DNA of 42,308 nucleotides from Candidatus Babelota bacterium (GCA_014728525.1 WJLJ01000017.1:1-42308), one strand, 5' to 3'; positions 18,640 through 29,432 are shown, numbered from the stretch's first letter. Translations and numbers: made by a program. The notes: generated from the sequence alone by a model not told the origin.

Positions 18640-20289
18640 GTGAATATAAAGACGCTTACAAATAAATTAAAAAAAAGAAAAACCAAATTTATAATTGTGA
18701 CCGGAGGAGTTTGTTCTTCTCTTGGAAAAGGTATTTTAGTTTCTTCTATAGGTGTTCTTCTCAAAAATTCTGGTTATTCTATTTCTGTTATGAAATGGGA
18801 TCCTTATCTTAATGTTGATCCGGGTACAATGTCTCCGCTTGTTCACGGTGAGGTTTTTGTAACTGATGATGGTGCAGAAACGGATCTTGATTTAGGTCAT
18901 TATGAGAGAATGTTACAAATTCATTTAACAAGAGAGTCTTCTGTTTCTTCTGGTCAAATTTATCAAGAAGTTTTAGATGCCGAAAGATATGGAAAATATT
19001 TAGGTGGCAATATTCAAATGGTTCCGCATGTTACAGATGCTATAAAATCTAGATTATTGAATTTTGCTTATAAAAATAATGTTGATTTTGTATTAGTAGA
19101 GATAGGTGGAACTGTCGGTGATGTGGAAGGTGTTATTTTTCTAGAGGCAATTCGCCAACTAAGAATGGAATTAAATCCAGATCAATTGATGCTTTGTCAC
19201 CTTAGTTTGGTTCCTTATTTGGATTGGGCTAATGAAATAAAAACAAAGCCAACTCAGCATAGTGTTATTTTATTAAAAAAAGCAGGTCTTGCTCCGGATT
19301 CTTTATTCTTAAGAACTGATTACAAAACAACATTAAAAACCAAAGAAAAACTTTCTGTAATGTGTGGTGTAAACAGAGATTTAATTTTTGATGCACTTAC
19401 TGTTGATATGATACCTAAGATTTTTGTTAATTTGAAAGAACAAAAGGTAAATGAAAGAATACAGAAATGGTTTGGAATTAAAAATATAAAAAAGACCGAT
19501 TTAATAAAATGGAAAAAACTTATTAGAATAATACAGAATAAAAAGAGAACGGTTAAAATTGGTTTAATTGCTAAATATGTTGGAAGTAATGATCCTTATT
19601 TGAGTGTAATAAAAGCTTTAGAAGCAGCGGGGCACGCGAATAAAGTTGAGGTCGCGGTTGAGGTTGTTGAAGCTGAAAAATTAGAAAAATCATCTAAAAA
19701 AGAAGTTGAAAAAACTTTAAGCAAAATGGATGGAATTTTAGTTCCTGGCGGTTTTGGAAAAAGAGGCGTGGAAGGTAAGATTTTGGCTGCTAAATTTGCA
19801 AGAGAGAATGATATTCCTTATTTAGGCCTTTGTTTAGGCATGCAGGTAATGCTAATAGAATTTGCAAGGCATGTATTAAATTTAAAGGGTGCTTCAAGTA
19901 CCGAATTCGATAAAGGTACCAAGTATCCTGTAATTTCTTTATTAGAAGAACAAAGAAAAATTAATAAAAAAGGCGGAACAATGCGTTTGGGGGTTTATCC
20001 TTGCAGTTTACTTCCGGGTACAAAAGCTAGAAAAATATATAAAAAAGATAAAGTTTTAGAGCGCCATAGACATAGATATGAATTTAATAATAAATATAAA
20101 GAGTTATTTGAAGAATCGGGTGTAATTTTTTCTGGTATTTATAAAAAAGAAAATTTGGTAGAAATTGCAGAATTAGAAAAACATCCTTTTATGATTGCTT
20201 GTCAGTTTCATCCTGAATTTTTATCTACACCATTAAAGCCACATCCTTTATTTAAAGAATTTATAAAAATAGTTTTAGAGAAAAATTGA
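18640..20289 (+). CDS. pyrG: CTP synthase
   Basis: FIIVTGGVCSSLGKG. GATase active site GLCLGMQ. HRHRYEFN and QFHPEF. The GTG at 18640 has GGAG 6 nt upstream; the TTG at 18628 is an alternative start. Confidence 0.93.
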   Translation: MNIKTLTNKLKKRKTKFIIVTGGVCSSLGKGILVSSIGVLLKNSGYSISVMKWDPYLNVDPGTMSPLVHGEVFVTDDGAETDLDLGHYERMLQIHLTRESSVSSGQIYQEVLDAERYGKYLGGNIQMVPHVTDAIKSRLLNFAYKNNVDFVLVEIGGTVGDVEGVIFLEAIRQLRMELNPDQLMLCHLSLVPYLDWANEIKTKPTQHSVILLKKAGLAPDSLFLRTDYKTTLKTKEKLSVMCGVNRDLIFDALTVDMIPKIFVNLKEQKVNERIQKWFGIKNIKKTDLIKWKKLIRIIQNKKRTVKIGLIAKYVGSNDPYLSVIKALEAAGHANKVEVAVEVVEAEKLEKSSKKEVEKTLSKMDGILVPGGFGKRGVEGKILAAKFARENDIPYLGLCLGMQVMLIEFARHVLNLKGASSTEFDKGTKYPVISLLEEQRKINKKGGTMRLGVYPCSLLPGTKARKIYKKDKVLERHRHRYEFNNKYKELFEESGVIFSGIYKKENLVEIAELEKHPFMIACQFHPEFLSTPLKPHPLFKEFIKIVLEKN

Positions 20290-20314
20290 TTAAAGCTGAA
20301 AAAACTGTAAAAAT

Positions 20315-20346
20315 GGTCAAATATTGTTTGACCGTATTGCTTTTTT
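20315..20346 (+). terminator. Possible rho-independent terminator after pyrG
   Basis: GGTCAAA-tattg-TTTGACC hairpin, with a T6 run 7 nt downstream. The AT-rich stem and offset T-run make this tentative. Confidence 0.4.
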
Positions 20347-20446
20347 AATTTAAACTCAAACTTCTTAAATAAAAAGAATAAAGACAGGCTCTTATTTTTA
20401 GTTAATTTAAAATGCTTTAAAAGTTGTTAGTTAAGGGTAAATAATC

Positions 20447-20884
20447 ATGGATATGAATAAATGTTTTTTTCTCTCTAAAGAAAATCGCGCTCCAAAATGG
20501 CGTATCATAGATGCTAAAGATAAAGTCTTAGGCCGTTTATCTACAGAGATTGCAGACATTTTGAGAGGAAAAGATCGCCCAGAATATACCCCTCATACTG
20601 ATTCTGGAGATTACGTTGTAGTTATTAATTGTGATCAAATTGTTCTTACGGGAAATAAATGGGAAGACAAAGTTTACCCATTCTTTTCTGGTTGGAGAAG
20701 TGGTTTAAAAGAGTATAAGGCTAAGGATTTATTTAAAAAAGATCCTACTGTTTTAGTAAAACTTGCTGTAAAAAGAATGCTTCCAAAAAATAGATTAAAC
20801 AGACAAGTAATAAAGAAGTTAAAAGTTTATGCTGGAAACGAACATCCTCATAAGGCTCAAATAGAGGGCTTTAAAGCCGAATAA
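20447..20884 (+). CDS. rplM: 50S ribosomal protein L13
   Basis: WRIIDAKDKVLGRLSTEIADILRGKDRPEYTPHTDSGDYVVVIN ... KLKVYAGNEHPHKAQ aligns with E. coli L13. Confidence 0.95.
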   Translation: MDMNKCFFLSKENRAPKWRIIDAKDKVLGRLSTEIADILRGKDRPEYTPHTDSGDYVVVINCDQIVLTGNKWEDKVYPFFSGWRSGLKEYKAKDLFKKDPTVLVKLAVKRMLPKNRLNRQVIKKLKVYAGNEHPHKAQIEGFKAE

Positions 20885-20910
20885 TTAATGAAAATTACTT
20901 AAGTTAAAAA

Positions 20911-20937
20911 GCAGGATATTAGTATCCTGCTTTTTTT
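20911..20937. terminator. Strong rho-independent terminator immediately after rplM
   Basis: GCAGGATA-ttag-TATCCTGC perfect 8-bp stem. Flanked by an A5 run upstream and a T7 run downstream. Confidence 0.8.
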
Positions 20938-20952
20938 ATGAGATTTTATTGT

Positions 20953-21828
20953 ATGAAGCAAAAAACAATAAATAAAGAAGTTATAATCAATGGTATAGGA
21001 GTTCATTTAGGTCAATTATCTAAAGTTATTTTACATCCTGCTCCTGTTGATCATGGAATTGTTTTTTTTAATCCTAAATTTCCAACCGAAAAAATTAAAC
21101 TGGGAAAAATTGTTCCGGAACAAGCTATACATGCATCTGTTTTGAAAAAAAAAGATCTTATTATTAGTACTATAGAACATTTAATGTCTGTTATTTTAGC
21201 TTTCAAAATAGATAATTTATTAATCGAAATAAATGGAATTGAGGTTCCTATATTAGATGGAAGTGCTCTTACCTTTGTTGATTTAATAGAAAAAGCAGGT
21301 ATAAAAGGACAAAACAAAGATAAAAAGTTTTTAACTGTAAGTTCGAATTTAATTTTTAGAGATGAAAAATCCGGAAGATATTTGGAACTTATTCCTGCAA
21401 AAATTAATCCTGAGACAAGCGAATATGATAATAATTTTTATTTTGATTATACAGCAGATTTTAAACATCCTTTAGTTGGACAAAGTTTTTTTAAGGGAAA
21501 ACTATCCACATCTTTTTTTAAGGAAGAAATTGCTCCGGCAAGAACTTTTGGTTTTTTAGAACAATTACCTTTTTTAAGAGATAAAGGTTTGGCAAAAGGA
21601 ACATCTCTTGGAAATACAGTTGTTATAGGGGAAGAGGAGTTTTTAAATCAACCAAGATTCAAAAATGAATTTGTTCGACATAAATTATTAGATCTTATTG
21701 GGGATTTGGCGTTATTAGGTAAAAATTTAGCAGGAACTGTTATTGCTAAAAAAACAGGGCACAACTTCAATAGGCTTATTACTAAAAATTATATTGATAG
21801 TCCTGAGAAATGGAAATTAATAAAATAA
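20953..21828 (+). CDS. lpxC: UDP-3-O-acyl-N-acetylglucosamine deacetylase LpxC
   Basis: MKQKTINKEVIINGIGVHLGQ aligns with the LpxC N-terminus. EHLMSVILAF and FVRHKLLDLIGDLALLG (HKxLDxxGD). Start set at the ATG at 20953; the ATG at 20938 abuts the terminator T-run. Confidence 0.92.
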   Translation: MKQKTINKEVIINGIGVHLGQLSKVILHPAPVDHGIVFFNPKFPTEKIKLGKIVPEQAIHASVLKKKDLIISTIEHLMSVILAFKIDNLLIEINGIEVPILDGSALTFVDLIEKAGIKGQNKDKKFLTVSSNLIFRDEKSGRYLELIPAKINPETSEYDNNFYFDYTADFKHPLVGQSFFKGKLSTSFFKEEIAPARTFGFLEQLPFLRDKGLAKGTSLGNTVVIGEEEFLNQPRFKNEFVRHKLLDLIGDLALLGKNLAGTVIAKKTGHNFNRLITKNYIDSPEKWKLIK

Positions 21829-21847
21829 AATTTTAGATTAAAAAATA

Positions 21848-21875
21848 AAGGCGGCAAAATAACCGCCTTCTTTTC
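21848..21875. terminator. Bidirectional terminator between convergent lpxC and rseP
   Basis: AAGGCGG-caaaataa-CCGCCTT stem-loop. A-rich upstream, CTTTTC downstream. Confidence 0.65.
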
Positions 21876-21878
21876 AGA

Positions 21879-23015
21879 TTATTTTCCTGTAAATATTGTT
21901 AGTAAATCTCTATAAGATAAATATAAAATCAGACCTAATAATAAGACCCAAGAAGCAATATTTACTCCGGCTTTTATGGTTTCAGGGATCTCTCTTCTTA
22001 TTACTGCTTCTATTGTAGTAAATAGAAGTTGTCCTCCATCAAGAGCTCCTAATGGTAAAATATTTATAATGGCCAAATTTATACTTATTATTGCTAAAAA
22101 TATGAATAACGGAATAAAGCCTTTTTGAGCAGTTTCAAACGTTTTAGAAAGTATCATTATCGGACCGCCTGCACCTTTTAAACTTCTTTCCTTTATTAAA
22201 TAAATAATTCCTTTTACCATTTGTTTTATCATGTTGTTTGTTACTTTTATACCTTGAATAATTGCTCCAAAAAGAGGATATTTTTCATATTTTCCTTTGA
22301 TAGCTTCTGATTTTAATTCAAAAGAATTTATAATATCCGAATTTAAATTTTTATTTTTACTTGGAATTAATTCTATATTTATTTCTTCGGTATCTCTTTT
22401 TAGGACAATATTAATTTTATTTTCCGAATTATTTTGTAAAGGTTTTATTAATTCATTTTTTAAAATTGGCACAAGCTTTGTTACATCTTTGTTTAGTTTT
22501 TTGTCATTAATAGATAAAATTTTATCATTGGCCTTTAAGTTGAAATTTTCTTGAATTGTTTGTGATATTTTAGGTGAAACAATAAAATTGGTTTTCTTTT
22601 TAGGAATGCCTACAAAAAATAGTATTGAATAGACTAAATATGCAAAAAGAATATTAAACATTACACCGCCGCAAAGAACAAAAACTTTTTGCCAATATGG
22701 CTTTTTAGCAAAAGATGATTCTCCTTTCATTTTTGCAAATTCTTGTTTTCCTTGTCCTACTTCTGCCAATCCTGCAATTTCAACATATCCTCCTAAAGGA
22801 ATTGCTGATAATCTAAAATTCGTATTGCCAATTTTTTTTTCTATAACCTTAGGTCCCATACCAATTGAAAAGGTTGGTGTGTGAATTTTAAATATCTTAC
22901 AAAAAATAAAATGACCGAATTCATGTACCGTTATCAATAGTCCAAAGCCAATAATTGCATAAATTAAAGGTAGGAATTTTGTTGAAAAAGCTATAGCAAA
23001 AGCGTTTAAACTCAT
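21879..23015 (-). CDS. rseP: RIP site-2 metalloprotease RseP (M50 family)
   Basis: HEFGH zinc motif in TM1. Central PDZ-like region. C-terminal NLAIINILPLGALDGG (NxxPxxxLDG) motif. Confidence 0.9.
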   Translation of the reverse strand: MSLNAFAIAFSTKFLPLIYAIIGFGLLITVHEFGHFIFCKIFKIHTPTFSIGMGPKVIEKKIGNTNFRLSAIPLGGYVEIAGLAEVGQGKQEFAKMKGESSFAKKPYWQKVFVLCGGVMFNILFAYLVYSILFFVGIPKKKTNFIVSPKISQTIQENFNLKANDKILSINDKKLNKDVTKLVPILKNELIKPLQNNSENKINIVLKRDTEEINIELIPSKNKNLNSDIINSFELKSEAIKGKYEKYPLFGAIIQGIKVTNNMIKQMVKGIIYLIKERSLKGAGGPIMILSKTFETAQKGFIPLFIFLAIISINLAIINILPLGALDGGQLLFTTIEAVIRREIPETIKAGVNIASWVLLLGLILYLSYRDLLTIFTGK

Positions 23016-23303
23016 TGTAAAATCCTTTTGTTTTTTGTTGAATTATTATAAAACCTAATAGCTATTATATATTGCTATTAAAAAATTGACTATTTTTTAG
23101 ATATTTTGCTTGAAAAAAAATTAAAAAAATATAAAATAAAACTTACTGTCAGTTCATTTAGAACCCTTATATTTTTTGTTTATGCTTACAGATAAGAGGT
23201 TTGAAAGTTTGCTATAACTTAAAAGTTATGTTATTGCAATTTTGATATTTAAGAATTGATTATTGTGTTTATTAATTAAATTTTATTTCTTAGGAAAGAA
23301 ATT

Positions 23304-23690
23304 ATGCCAACGATAAATCAACTTGTTCGCTCAAAGCGAAAAATGCCAAAAGAAAAAACTAAGTCTCCTGCTTTAAGAGGTTGCCCTCAAAAGCGAGGTG
23401 TTTGTGTGCGTGTTTATACTGTTACACCCAAAAAACCAAACTCAGCACTTAGAAAAGTAGCTCGTGTTAAGTTGACTACAGGAAAAGAGGTTACTGCCTA
23501 CATTCCTGGAGAAGGGCATAATCTTCAAGAGCACTCTGTTGTTTTAATTCGTGGTGGAAGAGTAAAAGACTTGCCAGGTGTAAAATATCATATTGTTCGA
23601 GGAGTATTGGATACTCAGGGAGTTGAAGGCAGGGGTCAAAGTCGTTCTTTATACGGTACAAAGCGTAAGAAAGGTGGGGCTAATGCCTAG
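23304..23690 (+). CDS. rpsL: 30S ribosomal protein S12
   Basis: [13 protein letters not shown]...[31 protein letters not shown], the canonical S12 sequence. Confidence 0.97.
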   Translation: MPTINQLVRSKRKMPKEKTKSPALRGCPQKRGVCVRVYTVTPKKPNSALRKVARVKLTTGKEVTAYIPGEGHNLQEHSVVLIRGGRVKDLPGVKYHIVRGVLDTQGVEGRGQSRSLYGTKRKKGGANA

Positions 23691-24162
23691 ACGTAAATCA
23701 GTTAATTTAATAAGAGATATTGGTAGGGATATTAGATTTAATTCATTTGTAGTTCAAAAGTTAATAAATATGGTAATGGAGCGAGGCAAAAAAGATCTTG
23801 CACGATCTATCGTTTATGATGCTTTTGATGTATTAGCTAATAAGCTTGGTGGCGATGATAAGGCTTATACTGCTTTTGAGAAGGCTATAGATCAAATTAG
23901 GCCTGCTGTTGAGGTTAAGTCTAGACGTGTTGGTGGTGGTGTTTATCAAATACCAACCGAGGTCAGGCCAAGGCGTGCAATAGCTTTAGCTTTGCGTTGG
24001 CTAATAACTTTTTCTGCCAATCGTTCCGATAAGACTATGGGAGAGAGATTGGCGACAGAAATTTTAGAGGCTTCTCAGGGAAGAGGTAATGCTTTTAAGA
24101 AAAAGACGGATGTTCATAGAATGGCCGAAGCTAATAGAGCTTTTTCTCATTATGCATGGTAA
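23683..24162 (+). CDS. rpsG: 30S ribosomal protein S7
   Basis: [13 protein letters not shown]...[32 protein letters not shown]. The ATG at 23683 overlaps the rpsL 3' end by 8 nt. The ORF-track start at 23593 is an out-of-context extension inside rpsL. Confidence 0.95.
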   Translation: MPRRKSVNLIRDIGRDIRFNSFVVQKLINMVMERGKKDLARSIVYDAFDVLANKLGGDDKAYTAFEKAIDQIRPAVEVKSRRVGGGVYQIPTEVRPRRAIALALRWLITFSANRSDKTMGERLATEILEASQGRGNAFKKKTDVHRMAEANRAFSHYAW

Positions 24163-24183
24163 GTGTGGAGGTGTTTATAAAAA

Positions 24184-26256
24184 ATGAGTAATAAAATAAA
24201 ATTAAAAGATTATAGAAATATCGGTATTATGGCTCACATTGATGCCGGAAAAACAACTGTAACCGAGCGTATTCTTTTTTACACCGGTGTTTCTCATAAA
24301 ATAGGTGAGGTTCATGAAGGTGAAGCTGTCATGGACTGGATGGAGCAAGAGCAAGAAAGAGGTATTACAATTACCTCCGCAGCCACAACATGTTTTTGGG
24401 ATGATCATAGAATTAACATTATTGATACTCCTGGCCACGTAGATTTTACTATAGAAGTTGAAAGATCTTTAAGGGTTTTGGATGGAAGTGTTGCTGTTTT
24501 TTGTGGCGTTGGAGGTGTTGAGCCTCAGTCTGAAACCGTTTGGAGGCAAGCTGATAGATATAAAGTCCCTCGTATTGCTTTTGTTAATAAGCTTGATCGG
24601 ATAGGTGCTGATTATTTTAGTGTTGTTGAAGATATTAATAATAAATTGCATGGAAATGCTTTAGCTATGCAAATGCCTGTTGGGCAATCAGAAAACTTTC
24701 GGGGAATAATTGATCTTTTAAAGCAGAAGATGGCTGTTTTTGATGTGGAATCAAGGGGAGCTAAGGTTGAGTGGCAAGAAATTCCTGAAGAGTTAAAAGA
24801 TAAGGCAGATAAGTTAAGAGAAGAGCTTATTGAAAGGGCTTGTGATTTTGATGATGCTTTAGCTGAAAAGTATCTAGATGGAAAAGAATTAACGGTTGAT
24901 GAGATAAAGCAAGCATTGAGAAAAGGTGTTTTAAATCAGAAGGTTACACCGGTTTTTTGCGGAAGTGCTTTTAAGAATAAAGGTGTTCAATTATTGTTGG
25001 ATGCTGTTATTGATTATATGCCTTCTCCTTTAGACGTTCCTCCAATTGAGGGTATTAATCCGGAGACCAATGAAAAAGAAACTAGGCCGGCAGATCCTGA
25101 TGGTCCTTTTAGTGCTTTAGCTTTTAAGATTATGACAGATCCTTTTGTTGGGTCTTTGACATTTGCGCGTGTTTATTCTGGGAAGTTGGATGCAGGATCT
25201 TATGTTTATAATTCTTCAAAAGGAAAAAAAGAGAGAGTTAGTCGTTTATTAAAGATGCACTCTAATAAAAGAGAAGAGGTAAAATCTGTTTCTGCTGGTG
25301 ATATTGTAGCGGTTGTTGGTGTTAAAGATGTTGCAACAGGCGATACATTTTGTGATGAAAAGAATCCAATATTATTAGAATCGATAGAATTTCCTGATCC
25401 GGTTGTGAGCGTTGCAATTGAGCCAAAGGGAAAAGGTGATTATGAAAAAATGACAATTGCATTAAGAAAATTGATGCAAGAAGATCCTTCTTTTAAATTT
25501 ACCTTTGACCAAGAAACGGGACAAACAGTAATTTCTGGGATGGGAGAATTACACTTAGAGATTATTGTTGATAGATTATTAAGAGAATATAAGGTTGATG
25601 CTAACGTTGGTAAACCTCAAGTTGCTTATAAAGAAACTATTCAAACAAATTCTCAAGCAGAAGGTAAATTTATCCGTCAATCCGGAGGTAGGGGACAATA
25701 TGGTCATGTTTGGCTTAAGCTAGAGCCCAAAGAGCGTGGCGAAGGATTTGAATTTGCTAATAAAATTGTTGGAGGTGTAATACCAAGAGAATTTATTCCT
25801 GGGATTGAAAAAGGGGTAAAAGAAGCTATAAACAGTGGTATTATTGCGGGCTATCCGGTTGTTGATGTTAAGGTTGAGGTTTATGATGGATCTTTCCATG
25901 ATGTTGACTCTTCAGAGATAGCGTTTAAAATAGCAGCATCCATGGCTTTTAAAGAGGGTATGAAAAATGCTTCTCCTGTTATATTAGAGCCTATATTCAA
26001 GATAGAGGTTGTTACTCCGGAAGAATACATGGGTGATGTTATGGGAGATTTAAATTCTAGACGAGGTAGAATTTTGGGCATGGAAGAAAGAAAAGGTGTG
26101 CAAGTTATAACTGCACAAGTTCCGCTTGCCGAGATGTTTGGTTATACTACAGATTTACGTTCTATGACCAAGGGAAGAGCTAGTTCTTCTATGCAATTTG
26201 AAGTTTATAGGGAAGTCCCTAAAAATGTTCAAGAAGAAATTGTAGGAAAAAAATAG
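24184..26256 (+). CDS. fusA: Elongation factor G
   Basis: [22 protein letters not shown] and NKLDR G-motifs. 690 aa with the full EF-G domain order. Confidence 0.97.
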   Translation: MSNKIKLKDYRNIGIMAHIDAGKTTVTERILFYTGVSHKIGEVHEGEAVMDWMEQEQERGITITSAATTCFWDDHRINIIDTPGHVDFTIEVERSLRVLDGSVAVFCGVGGVEPQSETVWRQADRYKVPRIAFVNKLDRIGADYFSVVEDINNKLHGNALAMQMPVGQSENFRGIIDLLKQKMAVFDVESRGAKVEWQEIPEELKDKADKLREELIERACDFDDALAEKYLDGKELTVDEIKQALRKGVLNQKVTPVFCGSAFKNKGVQLLLDAVIDYMPSPLDVPPIEGINPETNEKETRPADPDGPFSALAFKIMTDPFVGSLTFARVYSGKLDAGSYVYNSSKGKKERVSRLLKMHSNKREEVKSVSAGDIVAVVGVKDVATGDTFCDEKNPILLESIEFPDPVVSVAIEPKGKGDYEKMTIALRKLMQEDPSFKFTFDQETGQTVISGMGELHLEIIVDRLLREYKVDANVGKPQVAYKETIQTNSQAEGKFIRQSGGRGQYGHVWLKLEPKERGEGFEFANKIVGGVIPREFIPGIEKGVKEAINSGIIAGYPVVDVKVEVYDGSFHDVDSSEIAFKIAASMAFKEGMKNASPVILEPIFKIEVVTPEEYMGDVMGDLNSRRGRILGMEERKGVQVITAQVPLAEMFGYTTDLRSMTKGRASSSMQFEVYREVPKNVQEEIVGKK

Positions 26257-26302
26257 TTTAATTTAAAAAGGTCAGTAAATAGGCTTAAGAGGGATATACA
26301 AA

Positions 26303-27493
26303 ATGGCTAAAGGTGTATTTGAAAGAAAAAAACCACATTGTAATATTGGTACAATTGGTCACGTTGATCATGGTAAAACAACCTTAACTGCTGCTATCAC
26401 AAAACATTTAGCAGAAAAAGGCGGAGCAAATTTTAAGGCTTTTGAACAAATTGATAATGCTCCTGAAGAAAAAGCAAGAGGTATTACTATAGCTGTTTCT
26501 CACGTTGAATATGAAACAGATAAACGTCACTATGCTCACGTAGATTGTCCTGGTCACGCAGACTATGTTAAAAACATGATAACAGGTGCTGCTCAAATGG
26601 ACGGTGCTATTTTGGTTGTTTCTGCTGCTGATGGTCCTATGCCACAAACCAGAGAACACATTCTTTTAGCAAGACAAGTTGGTGTTCCAGCTATCGTTGT
26701 TTATTTGAATAAAGTAGACATGGTAGATGATGAAGGATTGGTTGATCTTGTTGAGGAAGAAATAAGAGAATTATTGTCTCAATATGGTTTTCCCGGAGAT
26801 GAAACACCTATTATAAGAGGTTCTGCTTTAAAAGTATTAGAAGGAGATACTTCAGAAATTGGAGGCCCTTCTATAGATAAATTAATGGAAGCTGTTGACT
26901 CCTTTATTCCTACTCCGGAAAGAGACACAACCAAACCATTTTTAATGCCTATTGAAGATGTATTCTCTATTTCAGGTAGAGGTACTGTTGTAACTGGCCG
27001 TGTAGAGCGTGGTATTCTTAATGTTGGTGATGAGGTTGAAATTGTTGGATTTAAAGAAACATTTAAAACAACAATTACCGGTATTGAGATGTTTAATAAA
27101 GAACTTAAAGATGCACAACCTGGCGATAACGTAGGTGTATTACTTCGTGGGATAAAAAAAGAAGACGTTGAGCGTGGTCAAGTTATTGCTAAAGTTGGAT
27201 CTATCACTCCACACAGAAAATTTAAAGCTAAAATTGTTACTTTGAAAAAGGAAGAAGGTGGTCGTCACACACCATTCTTTAATGGATATCGTCCACAGTT
27301 TTATTTTAGAACAACAGACGTTACTGGAACAATTACATTACCAGAAGGCCGTGAAATGGTTATGCCTGGTGATGAGGTAGAAGTAACAGTTGAATTAGTA
27401 AGTAAAATTGCTATGGATAAAGAATTAAAGTTTGCTGTGCGTGAAGGTGGTAGAACTGTTGGTGCAGGTATTGTTACAGAAATTATTGAATAG
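26303..27493 (+). CDS. tuf: Elongation factor Tu
   Basis: [21 protein letters not shown] and NKVD. 396 aa, highly conserved throughout. Confidence 0.98.
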   Translation: MAKGVFERKKPHCNIGTIGHVDHGKTTLTAAITKHLAEKGGANFKAFEQIDNAPEEKARGITIAVSHVEYETDKRHYAHVDCPGHADYVKNMITGAAQMDGAILVVSAADGPMPQTREHILLARQVGVPAIVVYLNKVDMVDDEGLVDLVEEEIRELLSQYGFPGDETPIIRGSALKVLEGDTSEIGGPSIDKLMEAVDSFIPTPERDTTKPFLMPIEDVFSISGRGTVVTGRVERGILNVGDEVEIVGFKETFKTTITGIEMFNKELKDAQPGDNVGVLLRGIKKEDVERGQVIAKVGSITPHRKFKAKIVTLKKEEGGRHTPFFNGYRPQFYFRTTDVTGTITLPEGREMVMPGDEVEVTVELVSKIAMDKELKFAVREGGRTVGAGIVTEIIE

Positions 27494-27511
27494 TACTATT
27501 TAGGATAATTG

Positions 27512-27817
27512 ATGAAAAAACAAAAAATACGTTTAACATTAAAATCTTATGATCATCGTTTATTGGATAGTGCAGTTAAACAAATAGTTTTGACGGTTAA
27601 AAGAACAGGTTCCCAATTATTGGGACCTGTTCCTATGCCTAATAGAAGAAAATGTTTTACAGTGTTGCGTTCTCCTCATGTAAATAAAAAATCTAGAGAG
27701 CAATTTGAACTTACAACACATAAGCGTATTCTAGATATAATGTCACCGTCGGAGCAAACTATGGATGCTTTAATGAAGTTGAATATTTCTGCTGGTGTTG
27801 ATGTTGAGATTAAGTAA
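27512..27817 (+). CDS. rpsJ: 30S ribosomal protein S10
   Basis: [22 protein letters not shown]...[32 protein letters not shown] at 27512; the ORF-track TTG is one codon upstream. Confidence 0.96.
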   Translation: MKKQKIRLTLKSYDHRLLDSAVKQIVLTVKRTGSQLLGPVPMPNRRKCFTVLRSPHVNKKSREQFELTTHKRILDIMSPSEQTMDALMKLNISAGVDVEIK

Positions 27818-27846
27818 GTGAGTTTAGTTAACAAAGAGGCTGTGTC

Positions 27847-28476
27847 ATGCTAGGTAGTATTTTTGGCAAAAAAATAGGAATGACTCAAATTTTTACAAAA
27901 GATGGAAAAGTTGTTCCTGTTACAGCAATAGATGCTGGAAATTGGTTTGTTACTCAAATTAAAACTCAAGATAAAGATGGTTATAGCGCTCTGCAGTTGG
28001 GTTTATTAAAAAAGAGATATAATCAAGATTCATTAGCAGGAAATTGGTTAAAAATAAAAAAACAACTATTTTCTCTTTTTAAAGAGATTAAAGTTAAAGA
28101 AGAAGATTTGAACAATTTTAAGATTGGTCAAAAAATTAGCTTGGATAAGACTGTTTTATCTGAAAATGATAATGTGAAAGTTTCCGGAAAAAGTATTGGA
28201 TTAGGTTTTCAAGGTGTTGTTAAGCGTTGGGGATTTGGTGGTGGACCAGATAGTCATGGTTCGAATTTTCATAGAATACCTGGTTCCGTCGGTAATATTT
28301 GTTCTCAAGGTAAAGTTGTAAAAGGTAAAAAATTACCAGGACAAACCGGAAACAAAAATATATCAATAAAGAACTTAAAAATTATAAAACTTGATAAAGA
28401 TAGTGATGTTTTATTTTTAAAAGGCTCTGTTCCTGGTAAAAAAGAATCACTAGTTCTTATTAATAAGCAAGGATAG
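27847..28476 (+). CDS. rplC: 50S ribosomal protein L3
   Basis: GKKIGMTQIFTKDGKVVPVTAI ... GFQGVVKRWGFGGGPDSHGS. Confidence 0.96.
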   Translation: MLGSIFGKKIGMTQIFTKDGKVVPVTAIDAGNWFVTQIKTQDKDGYSALQLGLLKKRYNQDSLAGNWLKIKKQLFSLFKEIKVKEEDLNNFKIGQKISLDKTVLSENDNVKVSGKSIGLGFQGVVKRWGFGGGPDSHGSNFHRIPGSVGNICSQGKVVKGKKLPGQTGNKNISIKNLKIIKLDKDSDVLFLKGSVPGKKESLVLINKQG

Positions 28477-28481
28477 GTGTC

Positions 28482-29099
28482 ATGAGTAAGATTGTTGTTT
28501 ATGATGTTGCTGGAAAAGAACAAGAAAAAGTTGATTTTTCAATAGATAAAAAAGAAAATAGTCCCAAAACATATTCTTGCGCTATTAGGGTTTTGTTACA
28601 GAATTGGCGTCAAGGTACGGTTTCTTGTAAAGGAAGAAGTGACATTGCTTTTTCTAATAAAAAACCCTGGAAACAAAAAGGGACGGGAAGAGCAAGAGCC
28701 GGTTCTGCTAAATCTCCAATTTGGAGAAAAGGTGGGGTTGTTTTTGGTCCTCAACCAAGAAAAAGAACTTTGAATATAAATAAGAAGCAGAATAAATTGG
28801 TTTTAAATAATATTTTTAATTCTTTTGAAAATATTTATTGCTTGGATTTAGAAACAGAAAAACCAAGTACTAAGATTGCGTTTGATGCTTTAAAAAATAT
28901 TGGTTTAAATGATAAAAAGGTTATTTTATTTTTACCTTTTGGGGATGAAAAGAATTTTGCTTCATTTAGAAATATTCCTAATGTTAGGGTTGTAACTTTC
29001 AGTCAACCAAATGCTTTTGATTTGAGTAATTGTTCTAATTGGTTGTTTTTGAAAAAAGATTTGGATTTATTTAAAAATATGGTTTCATCATGGAATTAA
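28482..29099 (+). CDS. rplD: 50S ribosomal protein L4
   Basis: KPWKQKGTGRARAGSAKSPIWRKGGVVFGPQPR, the L4 signature, plus position in the S10 operon. Confidence 0.95.
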   Translation: MSKIVVYDVAGKEQEKVDFSIDKKENSPKTYSCAIRVLLQNWRQGTVSCKGRSDIAFSNKKPWKQKGTGRARAGSAKSPIWRKGGVVFGPQPRKRTLNINKKQNKLVLNNIFNSFENIYCLDLETEKPSTKIAFDALKNIGLNDKKVILFLPFGDEKNFASFRNIPNVRVVTFSQPNAFDLSNCSNWLFLKKDLDLFKNMVSSWN

Positions 29100-29431
29100 A
29101 TTGTTATGACATTATAAAAAAGAGAATTATGACGCCTAAAAGTTCAGACGTTTTTAGGAATTCAGGAAAAATAACTTTTGAGGTTCATAAAGATTCTAAT
29201 AAAATAATGATTAAACAAGCTGTAGAAAAAATTTGGGATGTTAAGGTTGATAATGTTCGTGTTATTACCGTTCCCGGAAAAACAAAGTCTTTTGGTAGAC
29301 GAAGCTTTAAGTCTCCAAGTAAAAAAAAGGCGATTATAACATTAAAAAAAGGTTATAAGATTGATTTGCCGGGACACTTTGAAACAATGGGTGCGCAAAC
29401 AAATAAAGAAGTGCCTCTAGAGGGAAAATAA
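29090..29431 (+). CDS. rplW: 50S ribosomal protein L23
   Basis: YDIIKKRIMTPKS...KITFEVHKDSNKIMIKQAVEKIWDVKVDNVRV. Overlaps rplD by 10 nt. Confidence 0.93.
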   Translation: MELNCYDIIKKRIMTPKSSDVFRNSGKITFEVHKDSNKIMIKQAVEKIWDVKVDNVRVITVPGKTKSFGRRSFKSPSKKKAIITLKKGYKIDLPGHFETMGAQTNKEVPLEGK

Positions 29432-29432
29432 A

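Noticed and set aside
23593-23682. Apparent N-terminal extensions or gene overlaps in the ORF track that could be read as fusions or programmed frameshifts. They are S7 from 23593, L6 from 34572, PepP from 17239, L28 from 2621, LpxC from 20938 and SecY from 36559.
   Set aside because: In each case a downstream start codon with a proper Shine-Dalgarno aligns exactly with the conserved N-terminus of the family. The extension has no homology and lies inside the preceding gene or a terminator.
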